Below are positions 12,501-24,500 of a DNA stretch of 64,000 bases, in pieces. Below the pieces are notes generated by a model that saw only the letters and a list, made by a program, of their open reading frames with translations, made no database searches and was not told the origin of the DNA. Both the position numbers and the translations under genes were made by a program. Positions within the stretch are counted from its first letter, which is position 1; each line of letters starts with the position of its first letter. The DNA comes from Mobula birostris (Eukaryota), in the NCBI RefSeq assembly GCF_030028105.1, contig NC_092383.1:87687921-87751920 (forward strand), read 5' to 3'.

Positions 12501-15500
12501 AGAAAAACCTGAAATACACAAATTATACATCTTTTTCTCTGTTTTCTTGTGATAATTTCCCTTGTTAATCTACCACAATGAGCTTTTTATTTGTCTGTGT
12601 TGCATCACAACAGTTGAGAATGAATCAAGAAATGCATGAATAACAAAATAATGCTTTTATATGTTTTAACAGTTCAAAAGTTACTTCCTTCAGACAAACA
12701 AAGACTCAGGTGAGTGTCCATTTTCCTGCTGTGGACCAACCCAAATACAAAGTAATAAAATGGGATATTACTGAGACATTAATGAATCTATGTAAAAGAC
12801 TTGGACACATACAGGTATATATAGCTAGGCTGCCGAAGACTTTAGCACAGCTCTGTATTTGTCAACGTGAAGCAGGGATCGAGTTTGTAAACCTGGTGGG
12901 AGCAGAGGATGTTGGGAATGGTGAGGGTGGAGTGCTGTGGAAGGGGTGTGGAACAGGTGGCAGAGAAGGAGAGAGAAGGAGTGCCGGGGCGGTGGGGTTT
13001 GGCGGGGGGGGAGTTGAAGGTAGAGACACACCCAGGCCCCCGGAGAAGGTCTTTTCACTCCAAACAATTAGTTTATTGATCATTACAGAATGTTTCTCCA
13101 GTTCTTCCCACTCCCTCCCCTCTCCCATCCCCTTTTCCCAACCACGATTCCTCTCTCCCTGCCCCCTTCCCACTATCAGTCCACAATAGAGACCCATATC
13201 AGAATTAGATTTACCATCACTCACGTATGTCATGAATTTGTTTTGTGCAGCAGCTGTACAGTGCAATAAATAAAATTACCACAGTACTGAGTAAAAATCT
13301 TCGGCACCCTAACGATATATACGTGCCTAAGACTTTAACACTGTGCTGTAGACTCATAGAATCGGTGAAATGTACAGCAAAGAACAGGCCATTTGGTCCT
13401 CCAGTTCTATACTGGCCATCTTGTTTATCTGTACTAATTCCATTCAATAATTTCATATCCCTTTATGTCATGCTCAGTCAATTACCTGTCTAGATACTTC
13501 ATAAAAGTTGTTATTTTTACTGCTCCATTATCCCCTTTAAACCTCTGCCCTCTCACCTTTGCCCTTTGATTTTAGACACCCTTATCATGGGAGACAGATT
13601 ATTTTCTATCTACCTACCTGTGCCTCTCAGAATTTTATACGCCTCACCTCTCAGCCTTCTTTGTTCCTGGGAAAACGCACCCCACCCCGCCTAACCAATC
13701 TGCTAAAACTCTCATCCTCCTACATATCCAACTTTATAGATTAATACCTGGAAGTCCTTTAAGGGAAGTTTGGGCAGATAGTTTGTATCCACTGGAATGG
13801 AGAAGTTTGAGAGGAAACTAGATGAAAGCATGCAAGAAGGTGGATGTTGAGAGTCTGGACATAAAGATACTACTCCCTCTTGTGAGAGAAACTGGAATTA
13901 GGAACCACTGTTTAAAATTAAGGGATCGTCCATTCAAGGCAGAGTTAACATGAAGCTATTTGTCTCAGAAGTTTACGACTCTTTGGAACTTCCTTCCTCA
14001 ATGGGTAGCTCAATTGAAACCCCTGAATTTTGGAAAGAAGTATTTGATAGGTAAGGGAGTGAAAGATTATAGGGTTCAGCTGGGAATGTTGATGCTACAA
14101 CCATGCTGTTATAACTGAGATTTATTATCACCGACGTATGACGTGAGTTCTGTTGCTTTGTGACAGCTGTGCAGTGCAAGGACATACAGATCTATAAATG
14201 TACAAAAACAAAGCAAATAAATAATTTGGAGAAAATACAGAATAATGAGTTGTGTTCATGGGTTCAAGGACAGTTCAGAAATCTGATGGCAGAGAGGAAG
14301 AAACTCTCTTCAAAAATGTTAACTATGGGTCTCCAGGCTCCTATATCTTCTCCCTGTTGGTCGTACTGACGACAGGGCCTGTCCCAGATGGTGGAAGTAC
14401 ATAATGATCGAAGATGTCCTTGATAGTGGGGAGGCTGGTGCTCCAGTTTTATGTGGGCTCAATTTTTTTTTTCTGTTTTCTTTACCATCAAGGAGATGGC
14501 TTCCTTGGTGCAGACTGTACACATAGTGGGAAAGGGCATTATAACACCAGCACCTGCTCAGCAGGGCTGCATTGTTCCGAGCCCAGCTCCCATCTCTTGT
14601 GAGATGCCGGCAGCCTGGTTACTCTTATGTAGCCACAAGCTTCCCAGCATCCCACCCATTCCCTTCACTCCTGCTGCCCGCCTTCCCGAAAGAGCCTTCT
14701 GCGAGCGCTGACCCAGCCATGGAAACGAGTGCAGGCCAACGAAACAACCCTTTATCCCTCAGACAGTTCGCCCTGCCACAGTCCCTTGCACTGATTCCAG
14801 GTTGCTTTGAAAACCATTTGAAAAAATTATGCCGAGTTTAAGTAATAAATTGATCAGGGGCGGCGCAGTAGTGTACCAATTAGCGCAATTGTTCTATAGC
14901 ACCAATCAGGAGTCAATTCCCATTGGAGTTTGTATGTTATCCTCATGACTGTGTGTTTCCTCCGGGTGCTCCAGTTTCCTCCTGTATTCTAAAGACGGAT
15001 GGATTAGGGTTGGAGTTAGTGAGTTATGGTAATGCTATTTTGGCGTTGGAAGCATGATGACACTTTCAGGCGCCCAGCTCAAACCCCGGACTGTATTGTT
15101 CTTGGATGCAAAATGACGCATTTCACTGTATGTGTTAACACTTCGATGTACATGTAACAAATAAACTAATTTATAACATTAATAAAATGCTAAAAATTGG
15201 CAATGTGTAAATGGATTAAAATTTCAGGCGGGAAACACAGGTAATTCCAGGGACCTTTCCTGTGAAACTCAATGACTCCCCATGAAGCAGAATAGAATCT
15301 TGCCAGATGCACCAGTTTTGAGAGGGGTAAAGCAGAGGGGAAGAGTTTGTGCCCGCCCCCCCGGCTCCACAAGTTATGGAACTACTGCTAGCCCTAGTGC
15401 TGAGCTAGTGGTGGTCCTCAGGGCCAGATGTCTTGCTATTCACCTGCTAGTGCACGCCATTGCACAGACATAGTGAACCATCAGTTCAGTGCAGCACAGT

Positions 15501-18500
15501 TAACTATTATAGAGATTCACAGAAATTTCCCAATTTCCATCAAGATTTCTGCTGAACCATCAGCTGAGGAGTGGAAATTGACCCTCCCCCCCATCAAGTT
15601 CAAGTTTATTGTCATTCAACCATATACTGTATATACATACGCCAAATGAAACAACATTCCTCCAGACCCAGGTACATAACACAGTATATATATATATATA
15701 TATATAACTCACACAACACATAAAATAATATTACTATACATAAATTAACAACTAATAAAATATATTCCAGAAGACTGACATTAAGCATAATCTAGTGACA
15801 ATCTCCAACTGCATCATTTTCATTAATCACCAGCAAACTTGGAGATCAACCTACCAAGAAACTATCAAACTGCCAAATTTGGGGTGTCTTTCCATCTTTC
15901 ACCAGTGCCCAGATGGGTCTGCACGAATCTTTAGCATAGACTGGAAGAAATTTTCAACACCTCATTTAATATTAGTTTCCAGAATTCAAAGCATAAGAGA
16001 TTCTTCAGATGTCGGAAATCTGGAGCAACACACATAAAATGTTGGGGAATAAACTGTTGACATTTCAGACCGGGACCCTTCATCATGACCTGATGAAGAC
16101 TCTTGGCCCAAAACATCAACTGTTTATTCTTCCCAATAGATGGAGCCTGACCAATTGAGTTCCTCCAGCATGAACATGTTACTGCAGAGTTGCATTTTCT
16201 ACAACAAAACCACATTCACGCTTCTGCTTTTACTTTAGTTTGCATCCTAATATAATATGTCATAAATCTACAAAAGGGAATAAAACTAGGAAGTGCAATT
16301 CGTTAATTTGTAAATTAGCAATTGGTTTAGTAAATTGTCTTATCATTATCAGGTGTACACGGGTACAATGCAAAATATTGTTTTGCATGCCGTTCACACA
16401 GATCATTTCATTACAATGGTGTATTGTATAGTCCAAGGTAAAACAATATTAAAATGAAGACAAGAAGTGTTTCAATTACAGCGAAAGTGCATTGCAGTCA
16501 GACAATAAGGTGCAAGGTCCTAACAAGATAGATTATGAAGTTAAGAGTTCATCTTTTTGTTTAAGGGGACCATTCAATCGTCATTTCACCAGATAGCATG
16601 ATAGTTGTTGTCCTTGAGCCTGCTTTCAGGTTTTTATATATTTTACTCAACGGGAAGGGAGAGAAGAGAGAATGTCTGAAGTGGATTTTATGATATCACT
16701 GTTAGATTTAATAATGGTATTACCACTGATAGGATCCATCTGTCATTATAAAGTTAATTTTCATGGCATTTGTACTCTGTGTATTTATGCCCATGATAGC
16801 AATAAACATGAGCATGTTTCATCAAAAGCGTATGCCGGCTGAGGCTGTAAAAATTGTACAGAGGATCAATCAATTGTGAAATAACAATTGCTGTTTGTCA
16901 TTGTAATTTTTCATTGATTCTATGGTATTTCTTTACTCTGCTTTGAGTTCCTGCTTGAAAATGAATCTCAGGGTACTACTTGGTGACATTGATAATAAAT
17001 TTACTTTGGAACTTTTTACAAAAGCTGCAGTGGAGTCATTTATGAGGTTGTGGAAAGAGGAAGGGAGTTCATTTTTTTCTTTTTATATTCAGTCGTGGAA
17101 GTCATAGGTCCTTCTGTGGCTGAGCAGAGTAACGTTGGTAACTGGTAAGAGTGGGATCGAGTGTCAAAGGGGTTCTAGGGAATGCCACTGTTACCAGTGA
17201 ACCAATGTTAGTTTATGATAGATAAAGAGAAATTGATTATGTCCCTGGGGCTTCAGCAAGTGAGCGGGAATGCAATCAATGTCTCTTTATCAGAACTCCA
17301 TCTATTATTAAACCATTGTAGATGGATCACTGACTCAATGCCACATTGCTTTTGGCATGTGGGAGGGTGTAATTCCACATTGGTTGCTAGGGTTAAACAC
17401 ATGCAAAATTATTGGCTGCCAGTTGAGCACAATCCCAACATTCAGCTGCACTGAAGTTAACTTCAGTGTCCTAGATTGTAATCTGATGTTAGAAAATGAC
17501 AGCCATTATATCAGGTAAATTATATTGCATATATGATTACCATCATCTTTCATGGTGCATATTCGGCTGATACATTCTGACCTTATCTTACTGTTCTTTT
17601 TTACTCTCTTTTTCATAAAAACCAAGGCTTTTCATAATACTTGGACTAGTCTTTGGAATACTAACTATGGTGTTTCTCGGACTCCTGGTACTAGTTATGA
17701 AAAAAGTGAGAAAGCAGAAAAATAAAGGTAAGTTCAGAAAATAAAGCAAAGTTTTTGCATTAAGGTAAATCCTTGCTACAAAGAAACACTAATAACATGA
17801 TATAAAACAAACTTAAATTATTATATCTTGATTTGCTATGATGCACATGCATTTACACTCAAGAACTATATGTGAGTTGTCAGGCACAAGTCTCCTCAGA
17901 TTTTAATTTCAATAACCTCACTTTTTTTATTTTATTCTGGCATAGATCTCAATAAAAGAGTCAGCCAAAAGTGATGGAACCTCCTTCATCTCTCTGGAAG
18001 AATAGGAGTTCTGTTGCACTGTCTATTCAGCACAATATAATGGTGACAGGATTGCCAGTGACATGGCGACAATTTGTGTGTGACACAATGCAACGTGCAT
18101 TGTTTCTTGCTGATGCTTTACAAAATGTTTGGGAGTCACGTTAGCAACACAAAGGTGATTTTTATTTGTTAATTAAAAGGACTGCTTGTCAGCAATCTAT
18201 CAGACTCAAGGCCATCCTCCTGTTTGGGACTGCAGAAAGAAACAAAACAATTATACTTACTTGAACAATTATCAACACACTGAATGAATGAGCTAGAACA
18301 CATTAAATTCTTCTTTTGTTAAAACAGGCACCATTTGATTACCTGCTAAATAATCTTATTGATTGCCCGTAATGCATATATTGCATTTTTGGTCTGTTAG
18401 GAGAATTTTCCCTTTCTCCTATTACCCACTCTCCTCACCTATCAGATTCCTTTTTCTCCAGCCCTTGACCTCCCCCACCCTACCTTTACCTATCGTCTTC

Positions 18501-21500
18501 TAGCAAGCGTCCTTCTCTTCCTCCCACCTTTTTATTCTGGCATCACCTGCCTTCCTTCTCAGTCCTGATGGCAGGTCTCGGCCCGAAACATCGACTGTTT
18601 ATTCATTTCCGTAGATGCTGCCTGGCCTGCTGAGTTCTTCCAGCTTTGTGTGTGTGTGTGTTCTATATTTTTGTTTGGTTTGAGCGGAGAAGGGTAGTTA
18701 GATGAGGCACAAATTACATTAGTCCAAAGTTCCAACATATCCAATATCCCACAATATAAAGAGGGTCTTAAATTCAGTGGTTTCTGTGTGAAATTTGATT
18801 TTAAGGAAATGGAGTCATCTCCTTCAAGTGAAGCAAAAGCTGAATAGCAACTGAATCCTACCCAATCAATACAATTGATCTAAAGTAGTTCACAACTGGT
18901 TCACTTTTCACTGGAATGATAATTATTGACTGGGCTCAATCTTTGAGGGTCTGCCTTTGCATTTAATTATTCACAGCTCTGAATGAACATATGGATGGCT
19001 GCAAAGTGGAATTTAAAGGGAAGCAGGCAATTGAAGGGCAAGAGACAGGTGAGTGGGATCAATTCTAACAAGAATTCGAAAGTCTCAGGAAAGGGCTTTT
19101 TAACATATATATCAGTAGCATTTTCCAGTATGATAGGGAAATAGAATGCTGATATAACCATCAGACAGGAAATGATAAATCTGCAGTGTAACAGTTCATA
19201 AAAGTTTTGCCTTGCATTTGCCTCCCTGCTTTATGAAAATGTTCTTGCGTGAGTTGGGTTTAAGTGGAACCAACCAGAGAGACTGCAAACCAATACTAAA
19301 AAATCCAGTGGAAACTTACAAATCATGATGGAAACTCAGAAAGGAAGGCAGACATGTAAGCAGAATTACAAGATTAGAGAATAAATGAGCAGCCTGCAAC
19401 ATCAAAATAAGACCAGTATTGCAGTTCAGATGCCCTTGAAAGGAATTTTTCCATGGAGAAATATATTTATACTTGGAAATAACTCGGAAAATGTGTAGCT
19501 CAGGTGGTTGATGGTTGGGTCTGGTCTTGGCATCCATTTTCAAACGTTTCGTCACCATACAAGGATGATGTCTCCTTGTATGGTGATGGAACGTTTGCAA
19601 GTAAATTGCCAAGATCAGAGAACAACTCAACCAGTCAGACTTATACATATATTGCACAATTTTCAACCACAAATTGTCCTGACTACTTTATAAAGAACCT
19701 TATAAATAATGGTTGAAATGCTGACACAATGATATTGAAAGAAAATATGGCAGTCAAGGCAAAAGTACATCAAATAGCAAAAAGATAACGATTAGATCAT
19801 CAGTTTGGTGACGTTGGTTAAGGGACATCAGGATTAGCTTCTGCTCTTCTAAATGGTGCCTTGGTAATCATTTTCGTCCAGCTGAAGGGCATTCCCTTGA
19901 TGTCATAAGACCATAGGATATAAGAGGAGAATTAGACCATCTGGCCTATCAAGTCGGCTCAGCAATTTCATCATGGCTGATTATTTTCCTTCTCAGACCA
20001 AATCTCCTGCCTTCTTCCCACATCCCTTCATGCCCTGACTAATCAAGAATCTATCAATCTCTGCCTTAAATATACATCCATATTGAAACATTTCCTCTGG
20101 TTAACCATGCAGCATCAGCCCAGATCATGGAATCAGAGAATGTTTACAATACAGGAGGAAGCAATTTGGCCCATCATGTCTTTGCCAGCTTTCAACCAAT
20201 GTAACTCACTAGTTCCATACCAGCCCATTCTCCAAAGCTTTCTTCACCACACATTTATCCAATTCAGTTTTGAAGGCCACAAGGAAGCCTACCTTCTCCA
20301 CATCCGCAGGCAGTGTAGTCCAGATTCTAACCACATGTTTCATAAAAAAGCAATTCCTAACATGAGTTTTACTTTTCTTCTCCTTTATTTTATATTGATA
20401 CCTTTAGTCCCTGACTATTCTGCCAACCGGAACAGCCTCCCACCATCCAAACACACAAAATGCTTGAGGAACTCAGCAGGCCGGGCAACATCCATGGAAA
20501 GAAATAAACAGTTGACATTTCAGGTCGAGAACCTTCATTGAGACTGAAAAGGAAGAAGCCATTCTGGCTTTCTGCCCTTCCTTTCCAATCCCAATGAAAT
20601 GTCTCAGACCAAAATGACAACTGTTTATTCCCCTCCATAGACACTGTCTGACCTGCTAAGTTCCCCCAATATTTTGTGGGCATTACTCAAGAAAGCCAGC
20701 ATCTGCAAATCTCCTGTGTCTCCCATTATCCACTTTGTTCACCAAACTCAGCACTTTATATGCTTCTATCAAATTATCCTCTCAGCCTTCCCTAAAAAGA
20801 AACATTCCCACTTTCCCCAGCCTTTGTTTGCAACCAAAGTCCTTCAACCCAGTAACCATTCTCATATGGACCTTCCTTGGAACAACAAGGAATGATACAA
20901 TTGCCTTTTATATACCCAAAAGAAATATGAATAGACACCTAAGACAATATGCATAGAAAAAGGCAATCACCAACAATACTCAGATGTGAAAATTATTATA
21001 CAATCTAGTTCACAGTGAATGAATGGAAATTAAACAGTGCAACTGTTTCAGAATATATAAAGAGATTTAAGTTCACACACATGACTGACGTAGCTTGCTT
21101 AACAATAGCCAAAACAAAGTCCCTGTTTAACACTCATGACATCCCTGTAAAGATTTATTGTGAGTAGTGGTTTAAACCATTACACAAAGGCTGAAGTGTT
21201 GTCAACTGAGGAAGAATAGATCAGATTCTTCTTGAAAATTGACGCACCATGTATCTCAGTTCTCCTTTTTCTATCTGAAGGTCCAGTGAATGTTAAAATT
21301 TGCATTTAACTGAGTATGTTTTCAGATAGTCTTATTTATTCTGGCTATGTTTGTATTTTTAGATAAGGAGAAGGAGTCAGCTGCCGAGAATTCTATTCCG
21401 AAGTCAAACTCTGCGGTAAGGCTGCACACTCTTGACAATAGGATGTTTTGGAGTCGGCCATATCATTTGAAGAGTATGTTACCCATTTCACGATTCAAAG

Positions 21501-24500
21501 TACACTTATTATCAAAATACATACGCAGTATACAAAACCAAAATTCATCTTCCCCACAGGCAATTATGAAACTAAGAAAATCATGGAACCCGTTCAAAGA
21601 AAAACATTAAATTCCTTCCCACATACGCAAATAAAATCCAATCACGCAAACGGCAGCAAAAAAAAGTGAGCGAGAAACAGAATATAAAACGCAAAATCGA
21701 AAGAGTCCTGGCAAATTCAGTTCTGCTCAGTTCGTTATCTGCAGGCTGCCCTGATCAAAATTGCCCAAAGTAGCAGCAAAAGAAAGAGTGATCAGAAACC
21801 AGAAACACATCATAACATGAACTACGGAGTCCAATCCATAAGCCACATCAATTAAACCTTGCCCAAGCTCAGAAATCCAATTACATTGGATTACGTTACA
21901 TTAAAGAGATTACATATCCCATTTAAAGAATACGTTGCTACTGTGGATATGTAGGTTTTATATATACAGTACGCATCAGACCTATCTATTTTATGTTTTA
22001 TCTGGAGATACTGCACAGTAACAGGCTCTTCTAGCCCGACGAGCCCATAATGCCCAATTACACCCACGTGACCAAGTAACCTACTAACCTGTAGGTCTTT
22101 GGAATGTGGGAGGAAACTGGAGCACCCAGAAGAAACGCACACAGTCACTGGAGAATGTACAAACTCCTTACAGGCAGAGAATGAATCCAGTTTGCTGGCC
22201 CTGTGATAACATTACGCTAGCCTCCATGCTACTGTGCTGCCCCAAACCAACAACTGCTTTGCAATTACTGCCATCAAAGTAGTAAAGCATCTCACATCAC
22301 TTCACGAGTGTAATGAAATGTTTACACTAAACTGCAGGAGATTTTGATACATTTGTGTGCCTGATTTCTTGCTCTGAGAGTGTGCCCCATTGTTCCGTAA
22401 CCTTCAGCTCAAGAGAACAGCTTCCCATCTCCTTCTCCTGAACCGTGTACTCCATACACTTAAGATCATAGCACCATAAGATATAGGAAGAGAATGAGGC
22501 TATTTGGCACATCGAGTGTGATCCACCATTCCATGATGGATTTGTTCTATTAAGAGATACAGTACAAAACAGGCCCTTTTTGCCCAATGAGCCGCACCAC
22601 CCAGCAACCCACCGACTTAACTTAGTCTAATCACCGGACAATTTACAATAACCAATTGACCTACTAACCGGTACATCTTTGGAAGGTGGGAGGAAACTGG
22701 AGCACCTGGAGGAAACCCACACAGTCACGAGGAGAATGTACAGACTCCATACAGATAGTGATGAATTTGAACTCTGCACTCTGATGCCTTGAGCTCTAAT
22801 AGTGTCACGCTACCCATACGCTACTTATGCCTCTCAAACCCACTCTCCTGTAACGATTTATTGTCATAATGTTTTAACCTTGTAGTATATCAATGCACAG
22901 TCAAAATAAATTGATCTGTATGGGCAGTAGGTAAAGCAAGATTTTCACTGTACTTCAGTACATGTGACACTGATAAACCAATTACCAATTTGTGCTGATG
23001 CGAGACAACATAGAGCCTCTAACTCACACATTCAGCTACCGGGTTCAAATGGTATCTGTGTTGAGTTTACATGTTCTCCCGTTTACGAAACTAGTTTCTT
23101 CAAGTGCTTCAGCTTCCCCCAAATCCAAAAGACGTACAGAACATGTTAGTAGAGTCAAATAATATGACAATAAGACCTTAAGATATAGGATCAGAATTAG
23201 GCCATTTGGCCCATTGTGTCTGCCCTGTCATTTCATCATGACTGATCCAACTTTCCTCTGAGCCCTAATCTCCTGTCTCCCCCATATCTCTTCATGCTGT
23301 GACGAATCAAAAATCTGCACTAAGTGTACATAGGCTTGACCTCCACAGTTACCTGTGGCAAAGAATTCCATGGATTCACCACTCTCTGGCTGAATAAGTG
23401 TCTCATCTCTGTTCTAAAAGGACACACCTCCATTCTGAGGCTGTCCTCTGCTCTAAGACTTTCCCCCCATAGGAAACATTCAATAGGTTTCGATGAGGTC
23501 ACCCCTCATTCTTCTGAATTCCAGCAAATACAGGCCCAGAGCCATTAAACACTCTTCACAGGTCAAGCTATTCAGTCCTGGAATCATTTTCGTGAACCTC
23601 CTTTGAACCCTCTCCAGTTTCAGCACATGTTTATAAAATAAGAGGCAGAAAACTGCTCATAATACTCCAAGTGAAACCACGCCAGTGCTTTATAAAGTCT
23701 TAATATTACATCCTTGCTTTTATATTCTAGTCCTCTTGAAATGAATGCTAACATTACATTTGCCTTCTTCACCACAGACTCAACCTGCAAATTAATCTTT
23801 AGGGAATCCTGCACAAGGTCTACCAAGTCCCTTTGCACCTTAGTTTTTTGTACTTTCTCCCCACTTAGAAAATAGTCAAGCCTTTCATTTTTTCTACCAA
23901 AGTGCATGACCATACACTTCCAGACACTGTATACCATCTGCTATTTCTTTGCCCATGCTCCTAATCTGTCTAAGTCCTTCTGTATCATCTCTACTTCCTC
24001 AAAACTACCTGTCCCTCCACCTGTCTTTATATCATCATCAAACTTTGCAACAAAGCCATCAATTCCATCATCCAAATCATTGACATGTCACGTAAGAGAA
24101 ATCGGTCCCAATACAGACCCCTATGGAACACCAATAGTCACCAGCAGCCAGCCAGAAAGGGCTCTCTTTATTTCCACTCTTTGCCTCCTGCCAATCAGCT
24201 ACAGTTTTATTTATGCCAGAATCTTTCCAGTAATACCATGGGCTCATAACATGTTAAGCAGCCTTACGCGTGGCACCTTATCAAAGGCCTTCTGAAAATC
24301 CAAATACACAACATCCAGAGATTTCCCTTTGTCTATCCTGCTTGTTATTTCTTCTTAGAATTCCAACAGATTTGTCAGGCAAGAGTTTTCCCTTAAGGAA
24401 ACCAGAATGACTATGGCCTATCTTATCAGGTACCTCCAAGTACCCCAAGATCTCATCTTTAATAATTGACTCCAAATTCTTCCCAGTCACCGAGATCAAA

